Assembly: GCA_002269645.1 (NCBI GenBank)
Contig: NIVC01002621.1
Coordinates: forward strand, 92,318-156,317
DNA from: Macrostomum lignano
Taxonomy: Eukaryota
Direction: 5' to 3'
Length of the DNA: 64,000 nucleotides
The position numbers were made by a program, and so were the translations under genes. Each line of letters begins with the position of its first letter. Within the stretch, counting starts at the first letter, position 1. Below, one piece after another: positions 13,026 through 26,109 of the stretch. The notes beneath the pieces were generated by a model, which saw only the letters and a list, made by a program, of their open reading frames with translations, did not search any database and was not told the origin of the DNA.

Positions 13026-13114
13026 CTGAGAACCGTAGAGATAACAGTTAAACACAAAAAGGCTAAGCTAAAAAAAGAAAAAAGAAACTAAAAAATCCAA
13101 GCGTTCAGTGTGAA

Positions 13115-13120
13115 TTTATT
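13115..13120 (-). terminator. Probable polyadenylation signal (AATAAA) of NTPCR
   Basis: Lies ~75 nt after the stop at 13196 and is followed by a long U-rich tract (~13095-13055 on minus). Confidence 0.6.
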
Positions 13121-13195
13121 GTTGCCTCATAAGTTTATCTAATATTAATCATAGCTAGGGTTTCTATTGGACACAAGTTTACGCATGACAACATT

Positions 13196-14372
13196 CTAAG
13201 AAACAGCAGATTCCAATGCTTTCAACGCAGAATCTGGCGCTTCATCGCGCGACTCGCGACTCAACGAGTACGTGAAAAATTTATTGTCTGCCCGTAGCCG
13301 ACTAATTAACGGGTCCTCCCGCGACCCCTTAGCAACTGGCAGGCTCACTAGCAACCGATAGGGTGGTGTCAGAGCCGGATTAACCAGGTGTTCGACAAGC
13401 CGCTTAAACTGACTGCCGAATAACTCCATCTTGCCAACTTCGTCAATGACAACTAGCAGCGGTGGCCCGGTATCGGCCCGATCCGGCTGCTGCAGTCTGG
13501 CCAGGGCTGGCGACAGAGCGGCCTCGGCGGCGGCTTCAAAGGCGGCAGTGTTGACTAGATAGGCAGAGACGCGAGGCGGCGGCGGCTGTCCGAACCGGAT
13601 AAAGTCAGCGAACGGTCTGCAGTGTGGATGAAGGGAGACTGGGAGTGCAGTTACTAGATGCATTAGTAACTACTTTTTAAGTACCACTGCTTTGTATTCC
13701 ATTTTACTAGGGATTTTTTCTATTAACAGACTTTATAGCCAAACACCGAGAGCCCTCAGAAGGACTGGGGAAAGGGGTTGCCGCCTACTGAAGGACTGGG
13801 GAAAGGGTTGCCGCCTACTGAAGGACTGGGGAATGGGTTGCCGCCTATTGAAGGACTGGGGATGGGGTTGCCGCCTATGTAAGGACTGGGGAAAGGGTTG
13901 CCGCCTACTGAGGGACTTGGTAAGGGGTTGCCACTTCGTGAAAGAGTAGCGGATAATGGAATATCAGCAGTTCAACTCTAGCCTGGAAGCCTTAAAGTCT
14001 TAAACAGATAAATTTTAAAAAAATCATTCTGAAGCCACTCACTCGGTCCTTGCTAGCGTGGCGCGGCGGCCATCGACAATGGACACCACATCGAAACCGA
14101 TCCGTCTGCCGCTGGACCGGACCTCCTCTGTGTAGAAGCCAGCAGCTGGGCGACCGCGACTGCGCCAGAGCTCAGCCAATCGACGAGTGGCCGTTGTCTT
14201 GCCTACACCTGCATTGGTGATTAGATAACAGGCCCAGGTTGTGGGCGGATGCTGAGAGCATGATCAAGTCAGTTAGTAATGAGCCAATTAAGCAGTAAAA
14301 CTTTTACCTACCAGGTGGCCCAGTGAAGATGATGTGCTTTGCACTTGCACTAGGTTTAGAGGCAGCAGCCAT
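13196..14372 (-). CDS. NTPCR: Cancer-related nucleoside-triphosphatase homolog (NTPase_1 family), ~215 aa
   Basis: Exons 14372-14312, 14208-14043, 13616-13196 with GT-AG introns and matching phases. Motifs KHIIFTGPPG|VGKTT (Walker A), GFYTEEVRSSGRRIGFDVV and VVIDEVGKMELF (Walker B). Confidence 0.92.
13760..13935. repeat. 30-bp minisatellite (AAGGACTGGGGAAAGGGTTGCCGCCTACTG) in NTPCR intron 2
   Basis: About 5.5 copies. Confidence 0.85.
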
Positions 14373-15234
14373 ACCACAAGTCATATGCTAGATATTTAGC
14401 CTGGAAATTCAAGTTAGGTACAGGTACTCAGGTAATTTCAGTCAATTTAACCAAATCGAGTTATTAAGTTAGGATTTGATGTTCTAATGCTAACGTTTTT
14501 GCCATGGTGTAAGACCAAGGTGAGCGGCCAAGATGGCCACAGGAAAATGACAGCTAGTTTACTTTTTGGATAGCTTGGGTGGGTAGATTTGGAGTTCCAA
14601 GACAGGGGTTTTTAGGCAGGCAGTGAGTGCTGAAAATGGTTACGGGCCCTCATTTCCTACTTATAGTATTATTTTATTAAATAAATGTCTTCATCATATA
14701 AAACCAACTATGTCCGGTAATGCTGAAGATGATTAAATAAAGTCTGCGCAATAGCTCCGGCTCAGCTGTCGGTTGCACATCTGCTCATTAAGGCAGGCGT
14801 AAATTACAAGTATTACTGTTATCCCTATTATGCTATCAGATGTGATTTATGAGCTATATACATAGCCCGTGTATTAAGATGCAGAAATACAAGACCACCT
14901 GTGCGTATGCGCTTGCAAAACAGGCCTCCTAATAAACAATTTCAGAGCAGGGCAATCTATTCATTGTTACATTTAAGTGTTGTCAAGCCGTTGGTATCTA
15001 GAAATAAAAAGGAATGTGGAGAATGGGTAGCAACTGATACAATTGATAAGTTTTTCATAACTGATTTCCATTGCAATTGAGATCACATATTCAGTTGTTA
15101 GAGTTGAATAGTTAAACACAAAAGGTTGGTGGGGTTTGCCTTGACATCTTAGAAATCCCCCCTTAATCCTTTACATCTCAGTTATTTTCATGAGCCTTGA
15201 TAACATAGTAATTCTCCTCAAAAGTCACGGCACA

Positions 15235-15390
15235 GTTTTACATGATGCTTCTTTTATTTTTGACATGATGCTTCTCTTGATTTTTACATGACACTTCTTC
15301 TATGTCTGACATGACGCTTCTTTTATTATTCCATGACACTTCTATGATTTTTACATGACACTTCCATGATTTTTACATGACACTTTTTTA
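15235..15390. repeat. Degenerate ~22-bp minisatellite (TTTTTACATGACACTTC core)
   Basis: About 7 imperfect copies. Confidence 0.7.
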
Positions 15391-16389
15391 AAAAGTATTT
15401 TTATTTTTTTGTTAAAAAGCTTTAATTAAAAAATTCTATTCTATGAATATTTGAACCATCGTTGCTGCATTTAGCAGTTCAGTCTGTTTACCTTTAGGTT
15501 GGCTCTTATTGTTTTGATAGCATGAAATTTAGCACCTATATAATTCAATACCTTAAACTCCAAGTATAGAGTAAATCACACAAAGCAGTTATGACAATCA
15601 ATTTCTCAGTCAGTCAGTATCAGTTAACAATATATGTTTACACAATCTACGAGTAAATCAAGTCTGGTGCTACACTTCCATATTGCATTTTCAATTTAAG
15701 TCGGAATTACAATTTAGTTATAATGCAATCTATTTCAGAATCAGAATTCAACCAGTCAGTTTTTTCTCTAGCATTCTTACAATGCATTTCAAGTTGAAAA
15801 GTTTGCTTGTCCTTTGCTAAAAAGCATGTTTTTTTATATTTAATCCTTTTAGCATTGTGCAATTTCTTAGCCAAGACACATGTACTGTGACAGGAAAATT
15901 TCTGATCAAACAGTACAAGTCTCATGAAAATCGGTTAAGCTGTTTTTCTCTAATCTATCACATATATATTTATATATATATATATAGACATTACATTTTT
16001 AGTATATAGGAGAATTATAAAAATATCTAGGAGAAGATATGTATTAAACCTAGCTAGTCAACTGGTTGATCAGTCTATTCAGCTTTAGATATAAGATAAA
16101 TACAAATTGAATTTATAAACTATTACTATAATAATCAATATACTTGAAATAACATTAATAAAAGAGTATAATTATTTTACCATTTAACAAAATAGAACCT
16201 TATAGGTTTATTAAATAGCTTTAGACCTATTATTCTTAATTTTAATACTATCAAAAATATTAACTTAGGCCCAATAATACTTATTACTTACCATGTCTAA
16301 AGTTAAGAATATATACATGCTAGAAATTTCTAAGATATAAATTTGGCATATATGTTAGTATTCTTAATTCTTAGTAGTCTTAATTTATT

Positions 16390-18632
16390 TGCACCACGGT
16401 GCAGATAAATGCCGCTACCTCCTCGTGGTGAGAGCGGAGAGCCGCGCTTAACTGCTGCGGCGGCCAAATGCGGCAGGACCAAGCGAGGGCAGCGGAGTGC
16501 GCGTCGGCGAGTCGAACGCCGTCGCGAGCGAAACTGGCGAGGTCGACAACGTGGCGCCGCCCGCCGAGCTGCTGCTGCGCTGGCCCAATTGGATCTTCCG
16601 GGTGGCGCCGGGGACCATGAGGCTCACCAGCACCGAGCCCCAGCCGTACCAGAGGGCACGCTTCGGGTCGGGACGCTGAACTGCCGCACTCTCAAGGCCA
16701 CATGGCGGAGAGGGCTGCTGGCGAGGCTAGCGCTCGACCTCAGCTGTGATGTCATCGCACTACAGGAGGTGTCTATCAGAGCCGACCCCGGACTTCACTG
16801 TGAGGACCTGGGCGCCGGTTGGACACTCTGGTACACCTCAGCGGATGAGCGAGGCCGTGGAGGAGTTGGAGCGCTGATCGGACAGAGGCTGCAGCAGAGC
16901 TGTCGCTGCGTCTCCCTGTCTTCTCGGCTGCTTCGGGTCGACGTCCGGCTTCGCGGCCGGAACGCCCGCCTGTTCTGCGCGTACGCGCCGCCTGCTACCC
17001 GCTCCGATGAGGCTCAGGCCTTCTTCGAGCAACTCTCGGTGCGGGTGGAGGAGATGGCGCAACGTGACACAGTGGTCATTCTCGGAGACCTGAACGCAGT
17101 TCTGCGTAGGTCCGAGCGATCGCTGTTCGTGACAGCGCGCGAGAACGGCAACACCGGAGCGCTAGAGGACTTCCTGGAGAGACAGGACATGGTGTCGGCC
17201 AACACCAGATTCCGCAAGTCACCGGGCAGGCTCGCGACCTTCGTGGGCTGCAAGCGGAGGCGGCGGAACGCGCGCGGCCGGAACGCTACGCGGAGGCTGG
17301 CACAGCTCGATCACGTGCTTGTGCGCTTTCGTGAGCGCCGCCGCGTCACCAACTGCCGCACCATACATGCGCAACAGTCGGCCGAGTCGGCCGATCCGGC
17401 CGACCGATTTGGCGGCCAACCAAGGAAGTCGCAAAAATGCCAACCCGAAAAAACACCAAGTAGTAGTACTAAGTAGCTGACGAGGCATTTTGGCTTTATA
17501 AGACAGTCATAGTTACTCCTGCCGTTTACCCAAAGTTGCGTTTATTTTGCTTTCGGGTTTTTTTACATGTAAGTCGCATTTTTGGCCAAAAACTACGTCG
17601 CATTTTTGTTAAAACTAAGTCGCATGGCCGACCGAAATTTGGAGGTTGCGCATGTATGTGCCGCACCATTACGCCGCTGGCTCTGCGGTCCGACCATCGG
17701 CTGCTCATCTGCGACCTTCGGCTTCGGGACCCGCTCTATCGTCCGCCAAAGCGGCCACCGCGGCGCTACTACCGCGCGCTCAGGGACGCCGAGACGCGAC
17801 GTCGCTTTGCCGGTGCCTTTGTCACTGCGCTGGGCGACAAGCGTGGAGGAGCTGAGTACGCGGAGGTGAGCGCTGCAGTTCGAGCCGCTGCGGAGCAAGC
17901 AGTCCCGCTGATGCGACCGGCCCAGCGCGGGCAGCCGGTCTGGCAGGACGACCCCGCGATCGACGAAGCGAGGGAACATCTGGAGAGGCTCCGTCTGAGT
18001 GGGCGGCAAACTCGCGAGGCGGAGGAGGCTCTGGCTCCCGAAGGGTCTGGTTCCCGACGTCCGCGAGGATCTGCGGCGTCGCCGAGGACTTGCCTGGGCT
18101 GCTTTTCGTTCTATAAGGTCAGTCCTGCAGTCCGAGGCCCTACCGGACCGCCAGAGGGCGGCGCTGTTCCAGGCGGTGATCGAGACCGTCCTGTTATACA
18201 ACGCCGAGACCTGGACGCTGACAGACTCGCTCGAGGCTCAAGTCGACGCGGCGCACGCTGGCCTGCTGCGCGCCGCCTTCAAGATCGGCAACGAGCGAGT
18301 CACCAACACGGCGCTCTATCATCGCGCCGGCCTGGCCCGTCCTAGCGATCTGCTGCGCCGTCGGCGACTCCAGCTGGCAGGCCACGTCATCCGCGCCGAG
18401 GCCTACTGTCCAGAGCCGGTGCAGGAGGTGCTGCTACTTACGTTGCAGGCACCCTACCGGCGGGGACAGGCGAGGACACGGCGCTACGTCGACTGTCTGC
18501 TGGCTGACGCCGGCGCCCCAGACTCTGCCGGCGGTGCGGCCTTTGTTCGCGCCCAAGCCTTGAAGCGTGCCATCTGATGCTGCTTTTCCGATCCGGCAGC
18601 GTACTCTGTTGTTTTCTGTTGTTGTTGTTGTT
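16390..18632 (+). mobile_element. Non-LTR retrotransposon (APE endonuclease, RTE-like), internally deleted for the RT core
   Basis: APE motifs GTLNCRTL, DVIALQEV, GGVGALI, VILGDLNA, QLDHVLV, SDHRLL. Post-RT C-terminal region (LRRRRGLAWAAF..ETVLLYNAETWTLT..LRRRRLQLAGHVIR), stop at 18577, then a (GTT)n tail at ~18618-18632. No YADD region is present; the junction is near 18035-18047. Confidence 0.88.
17362..17658. mobile_element. 297-bp MITE (hAT-like) nested in the LINE endonuclease domain
   Basis: 14-bp perfect TIR CATACATGCGCAAC (17362-17375 / 17645-17658) and perfect 8-bp TSD TGCCGCAC (17354-17361 / 17659-17666). Removing it restores ...NCRTITPLALRSDHR. Confidence 0.9.
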
Positions 18633-21547
18633 AGTATGAAAAAAGTGATTTTAGGCTTTTGGTATATATGTTTAGGCCCTTATATTTTGGTATGTGATAT
18701 GTACCATAAATTTAAAAAGAAACATTATCAATAATAGCTATAATAGTTGTTAATGCATATATATATTTTATGTAATCATAAAATGTAAAACTATTTAATG
18801 TAAAACTAACATCCATGTTTTTACAAGGAAAATGTTTGAAGTTTTAAAAAAAATGCACAAAGTTTACTTTTGTTTCTTACAATATGGAATGTTATACAAA
18901 TATACCACACTCAGGATAATGTCCTTTTGCCTAGAAAACTCCAGCAAATAGAAGCTTTTTCAATTCAATATATTGATATATATGCAATATGATACAGTTG
19001 CGACGCAGTAGCGCAACATAAAGCAGCCTATATAATGGTTAAAATTCAGTTTCCATGCATTTTGGTACTTGTGCTTTTCAGTGCCTGGCATTTAGGTGCC
19101 CCAAATTGCTTTTAGTGCCCCAGTTTATTATGCCAAAATGATGATAATAAAAAAGAAATCATACAAATATAATAAATACTTTACAAAATGTTTGATATTC
19201 CTAATAAAAATAGTATTCATTTTGTTAAACTGGCCCATTTCTTAAATTTGGAAAAATCTGGTCAATTTAATTGCATGCATTTGTTATATCTTATATATAC
19301 AATACAAGCTAGTTGCACTCAGCAAATGTGCTAATGCTATAAAGACTTAGTTAGATAAAGTTGAAATACATCAATAGTGCTACATGTAGTTTTGATCAAA
19401 ATTATGAAATATGACAAGTCTACATGTATTTTGATTAGTAGGGCCTATTGATTTTTTGAATCACACAATCATGTTTTATTTCATAAAACTGCCTCGGAAA
19501 TGAAGCAAATATTATTTAATGAGCTGAAATCTTTTGGGATATAACTATTGGACTATAATCTAAAAGATTTTATTACAAGCATATTTGGGGCATTAGTTAA
19601 AAATTTTGCTGCAGCTGAGACATAGCTAGCAACATAGAAGTAAATCAAATTGAGTAATCAAAAACCATTTTTTGAATTAAAACACTAGGTCAGCTTAACA
19701 AAATGAATAATACCTTAGTTTTTTAAAGTAAAAAAGTACTACAAAGACAAAGCACTTAACTGCTAAATTAGGGCTCAATTTCTGTATAATTTGGGTATCA
19801 AAAAACAAGCTAGGATACCGAAATACCGGGCACCAAAAAGCACAGACCCTAAAAAGTGTGGATACGTAAAATTTTGTATGTGTATTAAATATAAAAAGAT
19901 AATAAATGTATATTTCAATTAAAATCTATTGGACTAAATTTTAAGGACAAAATTTAAATATTTTTAAACTTTCTTACTACATGAATGCAACATTTTAAAA
20001 AATTGTTTTACTGTCTACATTATTTTAATTTTTTTATACTTTAGTAATGTCATAAAAAATTTAGTGATATATAAAAAGTACATTCAATGCTTATAAGAAT
20101 TGACTACATTTTGACACAAGATAAATCTTTATTGCCTAGTGCATGGTGCATGTATTTTTTTGTCAAAAAATTCTTAGTGCATACACAGTTTACATGACCC
20201 TGGCTATGGCAAATATAACTATTATTCACAGTTTTTAAATCTAATTGAAATTAAATATTAGAAATCATCTATCTAATGGTAACATTTCAAAATTGATGAT
20301 TTAGAGCTTTGTATAAGCTTTGTAACTGTAAGGTAATGTAGGCCTATCTTTAATATGAGTCATGACTACATTGGTATACACAAAAATGTAGGTAGTTTTT
20401 TCTTGAGTACATACAATGATACAAAGTGTTCTTAATTATAGATTATTTACTATATTATATTACTTAGCATACTTACTATTATGCTAATAATCAAGTATGA
20501 ACAATTTGTATAAGCCTATTATCAACTTATACTTTCTACTAGATTATGAGAATGCTATTATAGAGGTTAAGATTATGAATCATTATTACTACATTCTACA
20601 TAGGTAGGCATAGGCAAACTAGGTCTGCCTATGCCAAACCAAAACAAATGTGAAGGCAACGCCAGAATGGTGGTCCTGATTCTATACAACCTAAATTTTG
20701 AATTCAATAACGGTAGCGGTACGCTACGTGGTCAAAACAGAGACGGCATTTCACAACACGCGAAGAAAACTAAGAGGCCTAATCGAAGCACAGGCTAGGC
20801 CCCCGCGGGCCGCGCGCGGCGGCGCTGCGCAAGCCAAAAATTTTTAATTTGGTCCGAAATGCTACAGTACAATAAAAAAACGTTTAGATTTTAAATAAAT
20901 ACAGTGCTCCGAAATTATTTAAAACTTTTTTTTCTAGTGACTCACACAAATTTTATTCCTAAGAAGAGGGCTGTCTACTATATCTTGAACAACAGATGTG
21001 TTATACTCTTCAAAAATGCCGTAACTCATATCTATAGCTGCATCAAGTTGAAAAGCAGTAAAAAGCAGAAACAGACCTTTCGACCTTACTTTACTTTACT
21101 TGTTGGTTGACTTCCTTTCTATTTTGCTCGCCGTTGGTCTTTTGATTAGACCCATACTTTTATTTGGCTCTAACCATTAAATTTTATTTTACAACTCGAA
21201 ACACTTAGTAGACTATTATTGTCTTGCGATCTCCGTCTCTCTTCACTCTTCTCTAACGTTCTAAAATTGACGTGTTTGTCTGTTGGAAATCGATCTCCTC
21301 CCAAAATACTGGCAAATCAGCGTTGAAACTTATATGGAAAAACCGAATATAGCCTATTTAATTTTTTCTCACCTTTTTAAGATCCTCATTTTTAGATCCT
21401 CAAGATCCTCAGTATTTTAAGATCCTTAAAAGGCAGAAAAGTAGGATTTTCGGCCTACCGCTGCACGTACTGTTTCTCTTTCCAGCGGAGGGAATGTGAG
21501 TGTAAGGGCAAGGCCGACGAGATTTCAGTCAACTCGGGTAGTCGGCC

Positions 21548-23265
21548 ATGCATAGACTTAAATTACACCGAGTGCCGCATACACTGAGTGAACAAACTAC
21601 GAGCGCTAAAATAAGCATTGGTGAGTTTTAAGAATAAGGTGGGGAGATTGAGCTGAGATATCAGACAGCTGAGCGAGAGAAAACGGAATTTTCTATTGTA
21701 GACTAGCTGTGCCTGTTCTTACAGGGATTGATGTTTGAAAATTATCGCCTGAAAGGTCTTATATAAAGTCTCTTTGCTGGATCTACAAAATTGGAGACAC
21801 TGCTCCAATTAAAGTTTTGGCCCTGTTACGCTCGTACACTTTTTTATCAGATGTACATTTTGATAGAGTCATCATCGTAGCGGTTAGGGTTGACGATGAG
21901 TTTTCGCACACAGCTGTAACTGCCTTATTTGTATTGGAAAAAGAGGGTAAAATCAATCAGCTGCTAAGGAGGGATTTGAACTTACGCTCGTATTTAATGA
22001 CAAAATAGCATATTTTCATACTTGGTACGCTTGTAATGATTCGAATAAAGATTACGATTGTACGCCATACAATACGCCGTTACAGGGGTGTCGCCATTAA
22101 TTTTATGGTGGGGGGACACAGCCAAGAATTCTACATGTACATGTACCGTACATGACTAAATTCCTACATGTACATTGTTTTCAGAAATCGGTGTTGTCAG
22201 CACTCATTTTAGCGCCACAGGCACTCACTTTAGCGCCACAGGCACTCATTTTGGCGCCGCAGGCACTATGTTTTGTCGCCCTTCAGAAAAATTATTGATT
22301 TCCATAACGGCCGTCACAAGGTGGGGTGGGGAGACAAAGCATTGGCATGCCCCCATATATTTTACTCGGGGGGACATGTCCCCCTGTCCCCCTCGGTGGC
22401 GACGCCCCTGCCGCCATTGTTTGGGTTTCACGGATGGGATTTAATTGATATGGAGTTCTAACTTCTAAAACTTCTAACTAACCCGTTCTCCTCTAACGAA
22501 GGAGTTGGCCTGACCCTAAGATATATGGAGAGCCAGCTCTTTCAACCACTAAACAGCTTGAGTGCTGTGTTTTCTCAACAAGGAAAATGCATGGATTTTT
22601 CGCATTTTAGCACTGATCGTGTCTCCCCATTTAAAAGTCAAGACTTATGGACCCATCATTACGACATAATGTGTCCTTGACAGACGTACGTAAGGACACA
22701 TTAATCCATTGTAATTGAGCATATCAAGTAGCGAGTAATAAATCCCGAGTTTTGCCAATAGTGGGTTTGAAAAGCTTCTAATCTTTGTTGGTGCAATTTT
22801 TGCTTACAAAGTTACAATTTGTATCTAATCTGATTTTAAAAGGCTTACAATAATAAAAGTAGAACAGAGTAAAATATTTTGCAAACAAGAAGCTGACAGT
22901 GAGCTCTGAATTGGAGTGTGATGTACGGGCTGGCGTAATATAAATGTGCTTTTTTACATGCTCAGGAACATCACACTTGAATGTGCGATGTCACCTGGGG
23001 AATGATAGCTTACAGAGCTACTGGCCCGAGGTACTGATACCAGTGGTAGGGGATCAGAGACCTCATCTTCACATGGGCACCCGCCCTACAGATGGAGAAT
23101 AGGATAGCTTGGGTTGTGATCTGATAGCGAGGTCCCACTGTTCTAATCCCAACTATGACCAAGGAGTTTTGAAGGTAAGAACTGCTTAAAGTAGTTCTAT
23201 ACATTATTACACCTTGAATCTCGTTACGATCTGCTAACACCCGTTTTGCATCCCTGCAGGCCTAG
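21548..23265 (+). pseudogene. Candidate 4-exon spliced gene with two in-frame stops (unknown product, ~170 codons)
   Basis: ATG at 21548 (gccATG). Exons 21548-21620, 21725-21946, 22966-23174, 23260-23265. Pyrimidine-rich CAG acceptors, GTGAGT/GTAAAA/GTAAGA donors, CTAAC branch point at 23234, and all phases match. In-frame TGA at 21736 and TAG at 23100. No family recognised. Confidence 0.45.
22083..22410. mobile_element. 328-bp hAT-like MITE with internal 21-bp subrepeats
   Basis: TIR CAGGGGTGTCGCCA / TGGCGACGCCCCTG (one mismatch) and three CACTCATTTTAGCGCCACAGG units; the TSD is only imperfect (cgccgtt vs cgccatt). Confidence 0.75.
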
Positions 23266-25857
23266 CCTTCTACTCACAAGCCTGCATGTTTAAAAGATCA
23301 ATAAATCAAAGCAGGACAACTGGATTATGATTTTCAATTGTGATCCTGGGATTTAGGCCTAATTGAAATCCTGGTATTATAATTCCCTAATATCAAGGTA
23401 TACACAAAGTCTACCTTGGATACACAAAGATAAACGATCAATCCTCCAATGAAAAAACGAAGGACATATGTAATTTAGCTAAAAGGCAATGAAAAGTTAA
23501 AGTCTGGATTATTTTCAAGCATTCAACTGCAAGTATCCTGCATCCTGCAATACGAGCGTATTTATTGTGTATGACTCAGAAACACTTAAAGATCACATCA
23601 TCTGAATGTGTGACTTTCGCGAGTGAAGTACGAGCGTATTTGAAATGTAGGTCCGTTTTGTGCAACTGTGACGCGGGCTCAAAAAACGCCTGAGGTGGTT
23701 CATTCTGAAGACAACGAGGAACAACATGCGTTAATAAAAACTGCAGGTATACCTTTCCAGTTAAACAAAGTTGAGATGCAAATTAAAACATCACATGCAC
23801 AAAGCAATCAAAGAAGCTACAAATGCAGTGGCACAACAACAACAACAGCAACAGCAACAACATGAAGAGACTCTCCAAGGCTGTGCGCTTGTACTCCGTT
23901 CTATGATAAATTTAATCCCATTTACCAGGCGAAACAAAAAACTCTTTTGGCTAACAGGCTGTTTGCCGGACAAAAATTCTCAAACGAAAATTATTAATAA
24001 GAAGAAAAAACTGAAAAAGCAGAAAACCGTGCCTAAATGAATGCTATATTGGCTGGCCTCGTACTTTCGTCAAATTAGTGGAAATACATGACCATCATGA
24101 CATATCATGACCATCCAAGAGATCTGTTTGAGCAGAGCGATGGAAAGTTTGAAAACTACAATAAATTAATTGTTTAGCAAATCGAAACTGGTTTCAGCTG
24201 GTAACGAACACGAAATTCACATTTTTATAGAACTGACAGGCGAAACAAACTGTTAAAAGCACTACAATTATTCGATAATGGCTATTCATCAAAGGGATTG
24301 GATGATTTTAATTCGATGTTGCTTTTGCCTCGCCTACAGTCAGAAGCCGGTCCGGTTATTCACGCTTCCACACTTCCATAGAAATGCTCAGACGGCGCTC
24401 GCGAGTTGCCCAGCTGCCTGCCAGCTTCATCGCTGAGAGCGCGGCAGTTCAGCGCACGCTGGGATAGCTCAACACGAGCCGAACCCTTCGATTAAATCGT
24501 CGGGAGCTCCGATCTGAGATTTCTCCCAATGGAAGTTTTTCATCCCTTTATGCGAGACTGATATTCTAGACAACTGGAGGGAGATAGTGAGCACTAATAT
24601 AAAATAAATTCGATTTTGACACAATAATAATGACAAGCGCAATTCGAGCCAAGCTATTTAACTTCTTGCGCGTGTCTGTTATCTATCTAGAATACTGGAC
24701 TTCTAAGCAAAATACGCTGTGATATGCTTAATATTGGTTGCACAACCTACGGGCCAAACAAAAGTACATCACTGCTTTCTTGACTGGAAATTTGTACGAA
24801 TATAACAAATTATATACACTTCCGAAATTATGAATATATATCGATCGAAAGAAGGAATAGTTTTGTTCAAAATCAGGAGAATCTCTGCGCAATATACACT
24901 AATTATGAGCAAATAGTTTAAGACTGCCCTTTCGATGAGATCGAGGTTAAAAATTCGATCAAAAGATGTACATTGATCAATGTACAATCTCTTTCTATGC
25001 TGGGTATAAGGGACAGACTTGGCTGGCTGTGGGGCGTTCACGGGGGGATAGAAAACGAATAATGTACATACACGCTCTAGTCTAAACCGATCGATAAATA
25101 ATGTACATTGAGGAGGACGCTTCCAACCCGCTCAGGAGCTAAGCATGTGCACATGGGAATGCAGATAAAGATAGGGAACGGGTAAATATGGCCTATCTAA
25201 ATCCTTTGCAATTATAAAAACAAGCACAGTAGCTAGCGCCTATCTGTCAATAGAAGAGATTCTAACAGTGAGAATTATTATTTCTAAAGCAGATATTTTC
25301 ATGCAAAAACATTATCGTGCAAAGCTGAGTGAGCCAACTGCGCCGCGCATTGGAAAGCGCGAGTTAAATGCGCTTGTTACAGTACCAATAGGGCATTTTA
25401 TACACTCACAGCGTACCTATAAATTGCTGCTTGCTTAATTCTTACAGATTCAAAATCATAACTACACAATATTTAACATTTACGGGACAGATCGGATAGA
25501 TATGACGGCGGAATTTAAGGATTCGATAACCGCAGGTAATAAGATTTGAACTACGGTAAGTTTGGCAGTTTAAAGCGCAGTTTAAAGCCCGTCACTTATC
25601 CTGTCTAGCTGTTGTCAAGCGAGCCGGGGATCGGGGCGGTTAGCGGCCGGGTTGTTAGGACCGTCTCCGCCGGCCGCAGCATAGCTGGAAGAGTCGCACG
25701 GAGCGGCCGAAGGCTCTGGAGCCGGAAGTCGCCTGCTTGTGCTGCGGTGTGGCGTTGACGCTGGTTACGGCTGTGGGAGGGGGCGATTGACAAGCATAAT
25801 TATAGATTGCTTGCTGAGTTTTTCCAAGAATGAAATTTTATTTGGTCAAGAAGCATA

Positions 25858-26010
25858 GGGCAGAGCAGCTGAGCGGTAAACGTGTCTGAATCTCGCGCTA
25901 AACGACCCCTGGTTCCAAATTTATTTAGGGCTTGTGTGCACGACAAATTTCCCGGGTGTTGTGCGGAACGGGTGTAGAGTATTTAGTTAGAAGGCCTAAG
26001 TAAATTGTTC
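25858..26010 (+). mobile_element. Possible degenerate tRNA-derived SINE head
   Basis: A-box-like AGCTGAGCGGTAA and B-box-like GGTTCCAAAT at tRNA-like spacing; the segment cannot be folded into an intact cloverleaf. Confidence 0.35.
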
Positions 26011-26109
26011 TTTTCACATGCGAAAACATTTCTATAAGTAGCCTCATACAAACATCAATTGTTAATTCTATGAATCAGCCGATCAGAAAGTACTTCATAG
26101 GTTACCAAA

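Noticed and set aside
11939-13091. Long Cys-rich ORFs of 150-300 aa
   Set aside because: Stop-free readings of the 31-bp minisatellite, open in several frames at once.
15890-16010. CATGAAAATCGGTT..(TA)n..TATATAG resembling the end of a non-autonomous Helitron/DINE-like element (similar at ~1360-1395)
   Set aside because: No matching opposite end or hairpin could be established by eye.
16353-16361. TGTTAGTAT also found at 18629, possible TSD of the LINE
   Set aside because: It overlaps the (GTT)n tail, is AT-rich and lies ~30 bp from the apparent 5' end; it could be chance.
25613-25792. GC-rich block bounded by TGTCAA..TTGACA, possible solo LTR
   Set aside because: No target-site duplication (GCTGT vs AGCAT) and no polyA signal or PBS.
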